From assembly GCA_018831195.1 (NCBI GenBank), contig JAHJDP010000042.1:292-64291 (forward strand): DNA of 64,000 nt, written 5' to 3'. This DNA is from Candidatus Eiseniibacteriota bacterium (GTDB taxonomy: Bacteria; Eisenbacteria; RBG-16-71-46; CAIMUX01; JAHJDP01). Below the pieces are notes generated by a model. It had not been told where the DNA came from. It searched no databases and saw nothing but the letters and a program-made list of their open reading frames with translations. This document shows, piece after piece, positions 19,872 to 28,185 of this stretch; positions within the stretch are counted from its first letter, which is position 1; each line of letters opens with the position of its first letter. The position numbers and the translations under genes are program-made.

Positions 19872-20953
19872 CGGCGGCCTCCTTTCTTTGCGGAACCGGT
19901 CTTCACAGGCTTGGTCTTTACAGAACCGGTTCTCGCAGGCTTGGCCTTCGCGGAAGTGGCTTTCCCGCTCTTGGCGCCTGTCTTCGTCCCGCCCGCGGCT
20001 CCCGTGGGATAGAGCCAACCTTTGAGCGATCCGTCGAGCCCCACGGTCGCGCCCTGTCTCCGGTAGGCCCAGCACATATACGAAAGGCTGACAAAGTAGC
20101 TCGCCGGAAGACGGTTCAACGCGCCGATCTTGCATCCCAGAACAGTCGTCTCTCCACCGAATCCCATGGGACCGATATCGAGAGAGTTCGATTTCTTCAC
20201 GATAGCCTTTTCCAGCTTCGCGAGGTCTTTGTTGTCGCTGGTGTCGTTGAGCGGGCGAAGGAACTGTTTCTTCGCCATCGAGAGGCTGCTCGCCCGGTCG
20301 CCGCCGATACACACACCGAGAATCCCCGGCCCGCATCCTTTGCCCTGGGCCTTGAAGACCGCATCGAGAATACATTTCTCAACACCATCCAAATCCCGCC
20401 CCGCCTTTAATCCCACATTGGGCAGGGAGTACTGGGTGCCGACATTCTCACATCCGCCGCCCTTCAAGATGAGGCGGATGTCCATCGACGGGTTTCTCCA
20501 TGTCTCAATATAGAAAACAGGGCTCCCCGGTCCGAGATTGTTGCCGGAATTCTTGCCGGTCAGTGAATCAACGGAGTTCTGCCGTAGATACCCCATGGCG
20601 GTGGCCTTGGCTGTCGCCGCGCTCGCGGCTCGCTTCAGGACCGATTCATCGATCTCATGAGGATGTTTGATGTAAAAGGTGACCGTTCCCGTGTCCTGGC
20701 AGAGAGGAAGCGAGTTCTTCCGAGCCAGTTCGACATTCTCCAGAACAACACCCAGGGCATACTTGCCGAGGGATGAGGGCTTCTCCCGCTTCTGACCGGC
20801 GCGAATCGCATTCAGGGCATCACCGGGCAGCTCGCACGAGGTTCTCCGGATGATCTCCAAGAAAGTGGCTTCGAGGATCTTTGGATCCAGGTTGCTCTTC
20901 CCGGCCTTCTTGGTCTTCCTCACTACAGAGGGTCGTTTTTTAGACGTTTTCAT
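19868..20953 (-). CDS. Class I fumarate hydratase-type hydro-lyase α subunit, carrying unusual lysine-rich N- and C-terminal tails.
   Basis: The catalytic region contains SLPLCQDTGTVTFY, the Fe-S hydro-lyase α signature. It is flanked by MKTSKKRPSVVRKTKKAGKS at the N-terminus and ...TGAAGGTKTGAKSGKATSAKAKPARTGSVKTKPVKTGSAKKGGRR at the C-terminus. The ATG at 20951-20953 has a CAGGAGCG RBS. Confidence 0.85.
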   Translation of the reverse strand: MKTSKKRPSVVRKTKKAGKSNLDPKILEATFLEIIRRTSCELPGDALNAIRAGQKREKPSSLGKYALGVVLENVELARKNSLPLCQDTGTVTFYIKHPHEIDESVLKRAASAATAKATAMGYLRQNSVDSLTGKNSGNNLGPGSPVFYIETWRNPSMDIRLILKGGGCENVGTQYSLPNVGLKAGRDLDGVEKCILDAVFKAQGKGCGPGILGVCIGGDRASSLSMAKKQFLRPLNDTSDNKDLAKLEKAIVKKSNSLDIGPMGFGGETTVLGCKIGALNRLPASYFVSLSYMCWAYRRQGATVGLDGSLKGWLYPTGAAGGTKTGAKSGKATSAKAKPARTGSVKTKPVKTGSAKKGGRR

Positions 20954-21028
20954 TGGACGCTCCTGTACATTTCTCAGGAAGGTTGTGGGCGAACTTCCCC
21001 CGTATGCTGCGCCTCTTCCAGACGGATG

Positions 21029-22810
21029 TCAACGATCAGCGGCGCGTTTCGCTCCATCGAGACGGCTCTCGAGGGAATAGCGGAGGAGATCGGCGTGGGC
21101 GACCCGTTTCAATGCCTCTTCGGCGTTTTTTACCGCCTCTTTCTTGCGGCCGAGTCGTTCAAGAATAAAGGTTTCTGAGAGAATGGTTTGTATGTGGATT
21201 GCCCAATAGGCTTCATTTTCACCGGCCGCGTTCAAAGTTTTTTCATAGGCGTCGAGCGCCTTATCAAAGAGCCCGGAGAGGGTGTAGCAATCCCCCAATA
21301 GTTTCAGGAGAATCGGGTCTTTTGATGCGCCATTTGCGGCAAGGGTCTCGATTTCCCGCAACTGCGCCCGCGAGAAGGGAAATCCGTCTTTTGATCCTTC
21401 TTCCCAGGCTGTCCCTGGATGCTTGCAGGATTCAAAGACCTCTATCAAAGGAAGGCTGGCTATTTTCCAAAGTTCAAGATGTGCGGGAGGCGCCGCCGCA
21501 TTCTCTATCTCCTTCTGAAATTTCTCCGCCTTGTCATGCCAGGGTTCGAGGATATCGATCTGAACAATCTCTTCGAGCGCGTGCAAGGCCATATTCCGGT
21601 CGCCTTGCAGCCAGGCGGAGCGGGCCAGCCCCATTCGTATGGGGCCGCTCAACCGGAAGTAGCGGGTGAGAGGATCAGCCACCATCTCCTGGTAGATCGG
21701 GAGAGCCATATCCGGCCGGCCGATCGCCTCCCACTGAAAGGCCGCCATGAGACATATCCGCAGGGCCATCGTGACACTCCATCGTACTTGTCCCTGCCAC
21801 CATGGACCGCGGACACCTGCTGTGCGGCGTGTGATCTCCCATTCTTGGGATAAAAGCCGCCAGTAGCGATCGGCCATCAGCCCCTCCATCGGGTCATACG
21901 GCGCCACGAGGGCCAATGGAAGACTGAAACGGGGATTTGCCGGGTATGCAATGTGAAAAGGGAGGAAAGTTTGTTCACTTCTTCTAAAAACCCCCTCATA
22001 GAAGACATCGGAGAAGCCATAAAAGAGCTGGTAATCACGAGCCGTCGGAATGGGAGCGGCGGCCGCTTCCTTCAGCATCTCCAAGCCCCGTTCCCTGTCC
22101 CCGGAAGGGATCCCGAGAAAGGGAATCCATTTGATAAGTTTGATAAATTTCGGGAGGGTGTCGACCATATAGAGATAAGCGCCGAGCAGAAACTTGGCAT
22201 CGGGTTGCTCAGGCTTGAGTTCAAGGACCCGTTTCACATGCTCAATAGCGCTGCTTGAGGTCTTATTCGCCCCCCAATACTCCTTTAACATGACCTGGAA
22301 TTGGGATTTCAACATGCCGCCCCAGCCAAGGGCGAGATGGGCGCGGGGATCATCCGGATTTTTATCCAGAAGCGCCTGGGAGCGGGAACTCATTTCGGAT
22401 AGAACTTCGAGAAACTGATCGAACTGAGCCTCTTTCGTGGGGCGCGTGACATCCACTTCACGAAAGATCGAACGGAAGATGCGCGCTTCAAAGATCAGTG
22501 TAAGGGGATCCTCGGGCCTGGCCGCTTTCAGGGAATCGGCGATGGCCCGGCACCGATCATATTCCATCTGATAGGTATATTCGAAGAAACGGGTGGCGGC
22601 CGCGGAGAGTGCCGGCTCATCCCAAGGCCAGAGATTCCCATGAGTCAGACCGCTGGTGAGGGCTGATTCGGAATCGGTCTGACCTGTGTTTAAGGCCGTT
22701 TCCGTATCGGCCCTTCCGTTTCCGGGGATCAGCAATAGAGCAAGCAGCACGAGTGTGGCGGGCCGAATCAAAAGTTTTCCCCTGGGACGGCTGGCGGTCC
22801 CCGCTATCAA
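21029..22810 (-). CDS. Secreted hypothetical protein (~590 aa, predicted α-helical), immediately downstream of trpS.
   Basis: The signal peptide is ...LLIRPATLVLLALLLIPGNGRA. No motif was recognised. The start is uncertain: the six-frame ORF begins with a TTG at 22810, and an alternative TTG at 22771 has an AGGGGAAAA RBS. Confidence 0.4.
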   Translation of the reverse strand: MIAGTASRPRGKLLIRPATLVLLALLLIPGNGRADTETALNTGQTDSESALTSGLTHGNLWPWDEPALSAAATRFFEYTYQMEYDRCRAIADSLKAARPEDPLTLIFEARIFRSIFREVDVTRPTKEAQFDQFLEVLSEMSSRSQALLDKNPDDPRAHLALGWGGMLKSQFQVMLKEYWGANKTSSSAIEHVKRVLELKPEQPDAKFLLGAYLYMVDTLPKFIKLIKWIPFLGIPSGDRERGLEMLKEAAAAPIPTARDYQLFYGFSDVFYEGVFRRSEQTFLPFHIAYPANPRFSLPLALVAPYDPMEGLMADRYWRLLSQEWEITRRTAGVRGPWWQGQVRWSVTMALRICLMAAFQWEAIGRPDMALPIYQEMVADPLTRYFRLSGPIRMGLARSAWLQGDRNMALHALEEIVQIDILEPWHDKAEKFQKEIENAAAPPAHLELWKIASLPLIEVFESCKHPGTAWEEGSKDGFPFSRAQLREIETLAANGASKDPILLKLLGDCYTLSGLFDKALDAYEKTLNAAGENEAYWAIHIQTILSETFILERLGRKKEAVKNAEEALKRVAHADLLRYSLESRLDGAKRAADR

Positions 22811-22815
22811 AGGGT

Positions 22816-23820
22816 CTAGGATGTCTTGTCTCCGCTGGGGGGGCGCAGACCCATCATTTCACGTGTTTCTTCCATGGTGGCGGCGGCGATTCTCCGAGCC
22901 CGCCGAGCCCCCTCCTCGAGAACACTCTTTATATAATCTGGTTTCTTAGAAAGTTCATCCGCCCTCTCCCGGATCGGGTCCAGAGTCAGCATCATCTTTT
23001 CATGGAGTTTCTTTTTGCATTCGATGCAGCCGATACCCGCGGTTCGGCAACCTTCAGCCGCCCAAGCCTGTGTCTCGGAGTCGGAGAAATTTTTGTGTAA
23101 TGAATAGATGTTGCAAACCTCGGGATCTCCCTTATCCGTCCGTCGTTGTCGCGCCGGATCGGTCTTGGCCGGCCGGAGCTTTTCCCAGATAGCATCCGGT
23201 GTTTCAAGCAGTCCAATGTAGTTATCAAGGGATTTGCTCATTTTGCTCTCGCCATCGAGACCCATGATACGAGCGCCGTCTTTGGGGACGAGGGCCTTTG
23301 GTTCGGGGAAGATCGGGGCGAATTGATTGTTGAACTTTCGTGCGATATCCCGCGTCAGCTCGACATGCTGGACCTGATCCTCACCGACGGGCACGGCCAC
23401 AGCCTTGTAGAGGAGAATATCCGCCGCCTGAAGAACCGGATAATCGAAGAGACCGACGTTGATATTCTCTTCGTGCTGGCGGGACTTCTCTTTGAACTGG
23501 GTCATACGGGAGAGGAGCCCGATAGGTGTGAGTGTATTGAAGATCCAGGTCAACTCCGTATGTTCGGGCACCGCGGATTGGACAAAGATGATGCATCGCT
23601 CGGGATCTAATCCGGCCGCAATATTGGCCTTGGTCGCCTCAAAGATCCGGGTCTGCATCATTGAAGGGTCGTACTCAGCCGTGATGGCATGGTAATCAAC
23701 AATGCAGAATACACATTGGTAGTCATCCATGAGACGAACCCAGTTCCGGATGGCGCCGCAGTAATTCCCGATATGAATCTCGCCGCTTGGTTGAATGCCG
23801 CTGAAAAGAGTCGGTTTCAC
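22816..23820 (-). CDS. trpS: Tryptophan--tRNA ligase (class I aminoacyl-tRNA synthetase).
   Basis: The HIGH motif region reads SGIQPSGEIHIGNY and the KMSKS motif is present verbatim (GESKMSKSLDNYI). The likely start is the GTG at 23818-23820, preceded by a GAGGAG RBS. The six-frame ORF begins at a TTG at 23829. Confidence 0.9.
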   Translation of the reverse strand: MKPTLFSGIQPSGEIHIGNYCGAIRNWVRLMDDYQCVFCIVDYHAITAEYDPSMMQTRIFEATKANIAAGLDPERCIIFVQSAVPEHTELTWIFNTLTPIGLLSRMTQFKEKSRQHEENINVGLFDYPVLQAADILLYKAVAVPVGEDQVQHVELTRDIARKFNNQFAPIFPEPKALVPKDGARIMGLDGESKMSKSLDNYIGLLETPDAIWEKLRPAKTDPARQRRTDKGDPEVCNIYSLHKNFSDSETQAWAAEGCRTAGIGCIECKKKLHEKMMLTLDPIRERADELSKKPDYIKSVLEEGARRARRIAAATMEETREMMGLRPPSGDKTS

Positions 23821-24062
23821 GATCTGCAACTCCTCGATTGGTTGTAGAGATTGGGTGTGGAACCCGAACTCCTTGTTATTTATTAAGTTAAGAATTCAAA
23901 GGGCCGCCGGGAACATATCTTGTGATCCTATCGGCAGAAGCTCAAAACGGCAATAGGATTTGGAATGGCATTGAATGAGAAGGGGGCGATAGGCAGTGAG
24001 CCTATATCGCCCCCTCATACTGAGCCCGCTATTAAATAACCACCTCTTGGAAGAGAGGGGCT

Positions 24063-24500
24063 TTAGCGGCGCTTTGTGGCCTTCTTGCGAGTGGCCTTCT
24101 TGCGGGTGGCCTTCTTGCGGGTGGCCTTCTTGCGAGTCGCCTTCTTCTTGGTCACTGTCCTCTTGGCGGCTTTCTTGCGCGCGACCTTCCTCTTTGTGGC
24201 CTTCTTGCGGGTGGCCTTCTTCTTGGTCGCTTTCTTCTTTGTGGCTTTCTTACGCGCTGTCTTTTTCGCGGCGGGACGGCGGGCTGTGGTCTTCACTCCA
24301 GGCTTACGACCTCTCGGCCGTGTGATTCCAGCCTTCCGAGCCTTGCTGTTAACCGTCGGGAGAGACACGCCATGCTTCGCCGCGATCTCACGATAGCTCA
24401 GTTTCCCCGCCTTGAGATCGGCAATGATTGCCCTCTCTCTGGCCTTGCGCGCTGCCGGGGTCAGCACCGTTTTCGGTGCTTTCTTCTTCATCCTTGCCAT
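24063..24500 (-). CDS. DNA-binding protein with an N-terminal HTH and a histone-H1-like lysine-rich KKAT(R)-repeat tail.
   Basis: The N-terminus reads MARMKKKAPKTVLTPAARKARERAIIADLKAGKLSYREIAAKHGVSLPTVNSKARKAGI (HTH). It is followed by ...AAKKTARKKATKKKATKKKATRKKATKRKVARKKAAKRTVTKKKATRKKATRKKATRKKATRKKATKRR. A hairpin downstream (about 23983-24022) is a plausible terminator. Confidence 0.6.
   Translation of the reverse strand: MARMKKKAPKTVLTPAARKARERAIIADLKAGKLSYREIAAKHGVSLPTVNSKARKAGITRPRGRKPGVKTTARRPAAKKTARKKATKKKATKKKATRKKATKRKVARKKAAKRTVTKKKATRKKATRKKATRKKATRKKATKRR
24075..24260. repeat. Tandem 15-bp DNA repeats (GGCCTTCTTGCGNGT, about 12 units, several of them perfect) that encode the KKATR pentapeptide repeats.
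   Basis: Read directly from the sequence: cttcttgcgagtggccttcttgcgggtggccttcttgcgggtggccttcttgcgagtcgcc... The 15-bp period equals 5 codons. Confidence 0.8.
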
Positions 24501-24837
24501 ATGCGCTCACTCCTTGACATATATAACCCAATTCGACTGCGGAACAACGGCACGAATTCTACATCCAAAACCAACATGCCCGATAACCACTCCGCAGCAT
24601 CTCGCCTACTCGTTTCAACGAAAATCGAACCCAAAATGACTCCCGCGAAACTTATGCCACTATGATAACAAATTGAAATCCTGTCAAGCAAATCGACATT
24701 TACATTGCTGGAAATATGAAAGGGTCTCCGGAATTGTGATATATCCATTTTCAGGATTCCCATATTGCATATGTCAATTGGAATGGATAGGCTCCATTTT
24801 TGAACCATATCACCGGCCGAGAGGAGGTTCCGGAGGG

Positions 24838-26619
24838 ATGGGTAGAACAAGAAAGGCCACCACAGAAACGAAGACATCGAAAAAATCTCGGAAGCCCCAA
24901 CAGGTTTCCATGGATTTTGAGAGGAGCCCGGTGACCGCGAGAACGTCCCTGGTTGGTCAATCTGGAAAGACGTCCATGGATCTGCCTGTGGTTGAAAGAT
25001 CCGGAAATGGTAAAACGAGGCCAAAAGCAAAATCCGCCCGGGTTTCACGGGTATCAAAAGGCACGACGGCCGACCACATGGCGTCCAAGCAGCGCGAGAT
25101 ATCGGTCTCTGAGTTCTTTGCGAAAAACCGGCATCTTCTTGGGTTTGATAATCCCGCAAAAGCATTATTAACAACGGTTAAGGAGGCCGTGGATAACAGT
25201 CTCGACGCCTGCGAAGAAGCCCAAATCCTCCCCGAAATCCATGTTGAAATTGAACAATTGGCCGAAGAGCGGTTCCGCGTGGCCGTGGAAGACAATGGCC
25301 CCGGGATTGTACGCGCACAAATCCCGAAAATTTTTGGGAAGCTGCTCTATGGATCGAAATTCCACACATTCAGGCAGGCCCGGGGACAGCAGGGGATCGG
25401 TATCTCAGCGGCGGGGATGTACGGCTTGTTAACGACCGGCCAGCCGATGAAGATTTTCTCCCGGATAGGATCGAATCGCCCCGCCTACGCCTTCGAGTTG
25501 ACCATTGATACGCGGACAAATCAGCCCAACATCCGGAGCGAGGAACAGTTCGAGTGGGATAAGGAACACGGAACCCGGGTTGAAATGATTTTGGAGGCCA
25601 CTTATAAGAAGGGCCGGCACAGTGTTGATGGATATCTCCGGCAAGTGGCGATTTCCAATCCCCACCTGGAGTTGATTTACAATCCACCCAGCGGAGCGGA
25701 AAATGGTGAACCTGTCCATTTTGTCCGTGTGACCGATGAAATTCCGCCGCAGCCGAAGGAAATTCTGCCCCATCCCTATGGTGTGGAATTGGGTGTCCTC
25801 ATCCAATTGCTCTCTGAATCCAAATTGCAGAACTTATCATCTTTTCTCCAGCGCCAATTCAGCCGGGTCACTCTCCGGGTGGCCAGTCTTATTTTAGAAA
25901 CGGCGGAGATTCGCGGAAATACGAGACCGAATCGGCTTAAACACCAGGATGCCGAGAAACTCCATGCAGCGATGAACACCGTCAAGATCATGGTACCACC
26001 GACAAACTGCCTGTCACCGATCGGGGAAAAGCAGCTCATGGAGTCCCTGGCCCAGGAGATCGAGGCCGATTTCGTCACCGCCGTAACGCGACCGCCGGCG
26101 GTTTACCGGGGCATCCCTTTTCAAATCGAGGTGGGATTCGCGTTCGGGGGAAATCTGAACGCCGAGGATCTGATCTCTCTTTATCGTTATGCCAACCGGG
26201 TCCCCTTGCTCTATCAGCAGTCGGCCTGTGCTATCACAAAGTCGGTTCTCGGCGTGGATTGGAAGAAGTACAGGCTCTCGCAGGCCCGCGGCGCTTTGCC
26301 GTCAGGTCCCCTGATCGTCGTCTGCCATATGGCCTCGGCCTGGGTGCCTTTCACATCTGAGAGCAAGGAGTCGATTGCGCACTATCCTGAGATTCTAAAG
26401 GAGATCCGGCTGGCCCTTCAGGAGGCCGGCCGCCGTCTGGCCTCTCATATCGGCCGCCGCCGCAAAGAAAAGGAAGAAGCTCAAAAGCGCTCCTATATAC
26501 AAAAGTACATCCCGCATATAGGAATTGCTCTGCAAAGCATCCTCTCCTTAAAAGACGCGGAACGGGAGAAGACGGTCGATCTATTGAGTTCGATCCTCGA
26601 AAAAAGCAGAAAAATGTAG
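24838..26619 (+). CDS. top6B: DNA topoisomerase VI subunit B (GHKL ATPase, H2TH domain, transducer domain), carrying a lysine/arginine-rich N-terminal extension.
   Basis: The Bergerat fold motifs are N-box [13 protein letters not shown]1 DNGPGI and G2 [14 protein letters not shown]. The product aligns along its whole length with archaeal Top6B ([19 protein letters not shown]; [10 protein letters not shown]; [16 protein letters not shown]; [12 protein letters not shown]). The chosen start ATG at 24838 has an AGGAGG/GGAGGG RBS and gives an ~80-aa basic tail ([22 protein letters not shown]...). Alternative in-frame starts lie at 24910, 24976 and 25078. Confidence 0.88.
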   Translation: MGRTRKATTETKTSKKSRKPQQVSMDFERSPVTARTSLVGQSGKTSMDLPVVERSGNGKTRPKAKSARVSRVSKGTTADHMASKQREISVSEFFAKNRHLLGFDNPAKALLTTVKEAVDNSLDACEEAQILPEIHVEIEQLAEERFRVAVEDNGPGIVRAQIPKIFGKLLYGSKFHTFRQARGQQGIGISAAGMYGLLTTGQPMKIFSRIGSNRPAYAFELTIDTRTNQPNIRSEEQFEWDKEHGTRVEMILEATYKKGRHSVDGYLRQVAISNPHLELIYNPPSGAENGEPVHFVRVTDEIPPQPKEILPHPYGVELGVLIQLLSESKLQNLSSFLQRQFSRVTLRVASLILETAEIRGNTRPNRLKHQDAEKLHAAMNTVKIMVPPTNCLSPIGEKQLMESLAQEIEADFVTAVTRPPAVYRGIPFQIEVGFAFGGNLNAEDLISLYRYANRVPLLYQQSACAITKSVLGVDWKKYRLSQARGALPSGPLIVVCHMASAWVPFTSESKESIAHYPEILKEIRLALQEAGRRLASHIGRRRKEKEEAQKRSYIQKYIPHIGIALQSILSLKDAEREKTVDLLSSILEKSRKM

Positions 26620-26634
26620 AGGTAGGGAGACAGC

Positions 26635-27801
26635 ATGAGTCCAAGAACCAAATCAAAAGCCGAGGGGAAAATATCCGTCGGCGAGGTCCGCAAGCGGAAC
26701 CAGGCCGCCGATCTAAGAACCCTGAATATCATCTCCAAAACGGCGGAGGGAATCTATACCACCATTTCCAAACGGCGGAAACCGGATCTGAAATTGCCGG
26801 TCCGATCGCTGGGGAACATCTCGTACAGCCTGAAAAAGGGATACTTCGAGATCGGAAGCCAAAAGAAGATCCGAACGCTGAGTGTCAATACGGTGAAAAC
26901 ATTCGCTCAATCATTACGGATGATGAGCCTCTCGAAGGAATTGGTGGAAACCAACGACTTTGCGACCAAGAGGGATGTTTATTACCAGTCCAAGAATTGG
27001 GCCGAGGCCGGCTTTCAGGAGCAGACCGAATCGGATGCCGTCATGGACGATATCGAAGCCCTGTTTTCTGTCGATGAAGTCAACCGGGAGCAGCTCCGTT
27101 TTGTCCCGGATGAGCATGGCGGCGCGGTCGCCGGGGAACTCGCGGTCTTGGATCCCGATCTGGAGTCGGGGGAGATAGAACGGATCGATTGCACCCGATT
27201 CGGGTCTGGCGCCTATTCGATCCCTTCGAGTGTCGAACATCTTTCCTTTGAGACGCGGGCCGAGTTCGTCCTCGTCGTGGAAACCGGAGGTATGTTCCAA
27301 CGCCTGCAGAACCATAAGTTTTGGAAGACGGCCAATTGCATTCTCGTCTCGATGGGCGGCGTTCCGACGCGGGCGACACGCCGGTTTATCCGCCGTCTTT
27401 CTGATGAGATGAAGATTCCGGTTTATGCCTTCGTCGATTGTGATCCCTACGGAATTTGTAATATCTATAGAACGCTCAAGGTCGGATCGGGAAACGCGGC
27501 CCACATCAATCGTTTCTTTTGTGTACCCCATTGCCGTTTTCTCGGTGTGACGCCGCAGGACATTGTCGATTATAAATTGCCGACCCATCCTCTAAAAGAT
27601 GTCGATATCAAGCGCGCCAAGGATGCGATAAAGAACGACCCCTTCTTCCAGAGCCAAAGTACCTGGATGAAGTCCCTGCAGCAGATGCTGAAGATGGGTG
27701 TTCGTGCGGAACAGCAGGCCCTGGCCAAATGGGGTCTCAATTATGTGATTGAGAAGTATCTTCCGGAAAAGCTCTCCAAGGTCGAGCGATTCCTTCCCTG
27801 A
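26635..27801 (+). CDS. top6A: DNA topoisomerase VI subunit A (Spo11/Top6A; CAP/winged-helix domain plus Toprim domain).
   Basis: The catalytic-Tyr region is TKRDVYYQSKNWA. The Toprim acidic residues are VLVVETGGMF and AFVDCDPYGICNIY. The start ATG lies 16 nt after the top6B stop codon and has a GGGAGA RBS. Confidence 0.9.
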   Translation: MSPRTKSKAEGKISVGEVRKRNQAADLRTLNIISKTAEGIYTTISKRRKPDLKLPVRSLGNISYSLKKGYFEIGSQKKIRTLSVNTVKTFAQSLRMMSLSKELVETNDFATKRDVYYQSKNWAEAGFQEQTESDAVMDDIEALFSVDEVNREQLRFVPDEHGGAVAGELAVLDPDLESGEIERIDCTRFGSGAYSIPSSVEHLSFETRAEFVLVVETGGMFQRLQNHKFWKTANCILVSMGGVPTRATRRFIRRLSDEMKIPVYAFVDCDPYGICNIYRTLKVGSGNAAHINRFFCVPHCRFLGVTPQDIVDYKLPTHPLKDVDIKRAKDAIKNDPFFQSQSTWMKSLQQMLKMGVRAEQQALAKWGLNYVIEKYLPEKLSKVERFLP

Positions 27802-28119
27802 GCTCCAGCCGGCGGCCTGTCTGGAAGCTGCCACTGGATCTGCCAGCTCTCATCCAGCTAGCTCCCATAAAATCAAAGAGATAGTCGGCAGCGAGATGAC
27901 CCCTTCAAGGGCGGATTCCGATGCTCAATGAACCCAAACGAAGCATAAAATTAGAATAATTGAATTAATATATTAAAAGTATTTTTACGGGGTCGTTTCG
28001 ATGTTGTCAGTATCGTTCCGCAACTTCCCGCCATATCTCTGGTTCCAGGACTTTCGATCCTCTGGGATCCCACAGCTCACTGCTCCTATGAGATCGCTGG
28101 GTTACCCATAGAAGATTGG

Positions 28120-28128
28120 AATCAGAAA
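28120..28128 (+). promoter_or_regulatory. Extended -10 element (TGATATAAT); candidate promoter for the giant protease gene, located in an AT-rich intergenic island.
   Basis: The sequence reads aaatgaTATAATgtg, with a TG dinucleotide 1 nt upstream of the hexamer. It lies about 60 nt upstream of the ATG, and the surrounding region 27950-28000 is unusually AT-rich. Confidence 0.4.
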
Positions 28129-28185
28129 TGATATAATGTGGGAGGTTGGTTTCGACTTTCAGAATTCACAATCCGAAAGGATCTC

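Noticed and set aside
19293-20375. A 360-aa six-frame ORF spanning the fumarase β gene and extending into the α gene
   Set aside because: Only the 3' 193 codons (from MKGQAIQ, ATG 19869-19871, with AAGGAGG RBS) look like FumB. The upstream part is an out-of-frame read-through of the α gene, which overlaps via ATGA.
24075-24260. Possible CRISPR array suggested by the regular short repeats
   Set aside because: The repeats are directly tandem (15-bp period) with no spacers, and they are coding (KKATR). This is not a CRISPR array.
24076-24396. An ORF on the opposite strand encoding AFLRVAFLRV… repeats, and 23996..24325 encoding WPSCGWPSC repeats
   Set aside because: These are frame artefacts of the 15-bp tandem repeat. 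The minus-strand frame gives a coherent HTH plus KKAT protein with start and terminator logic; the others have none.
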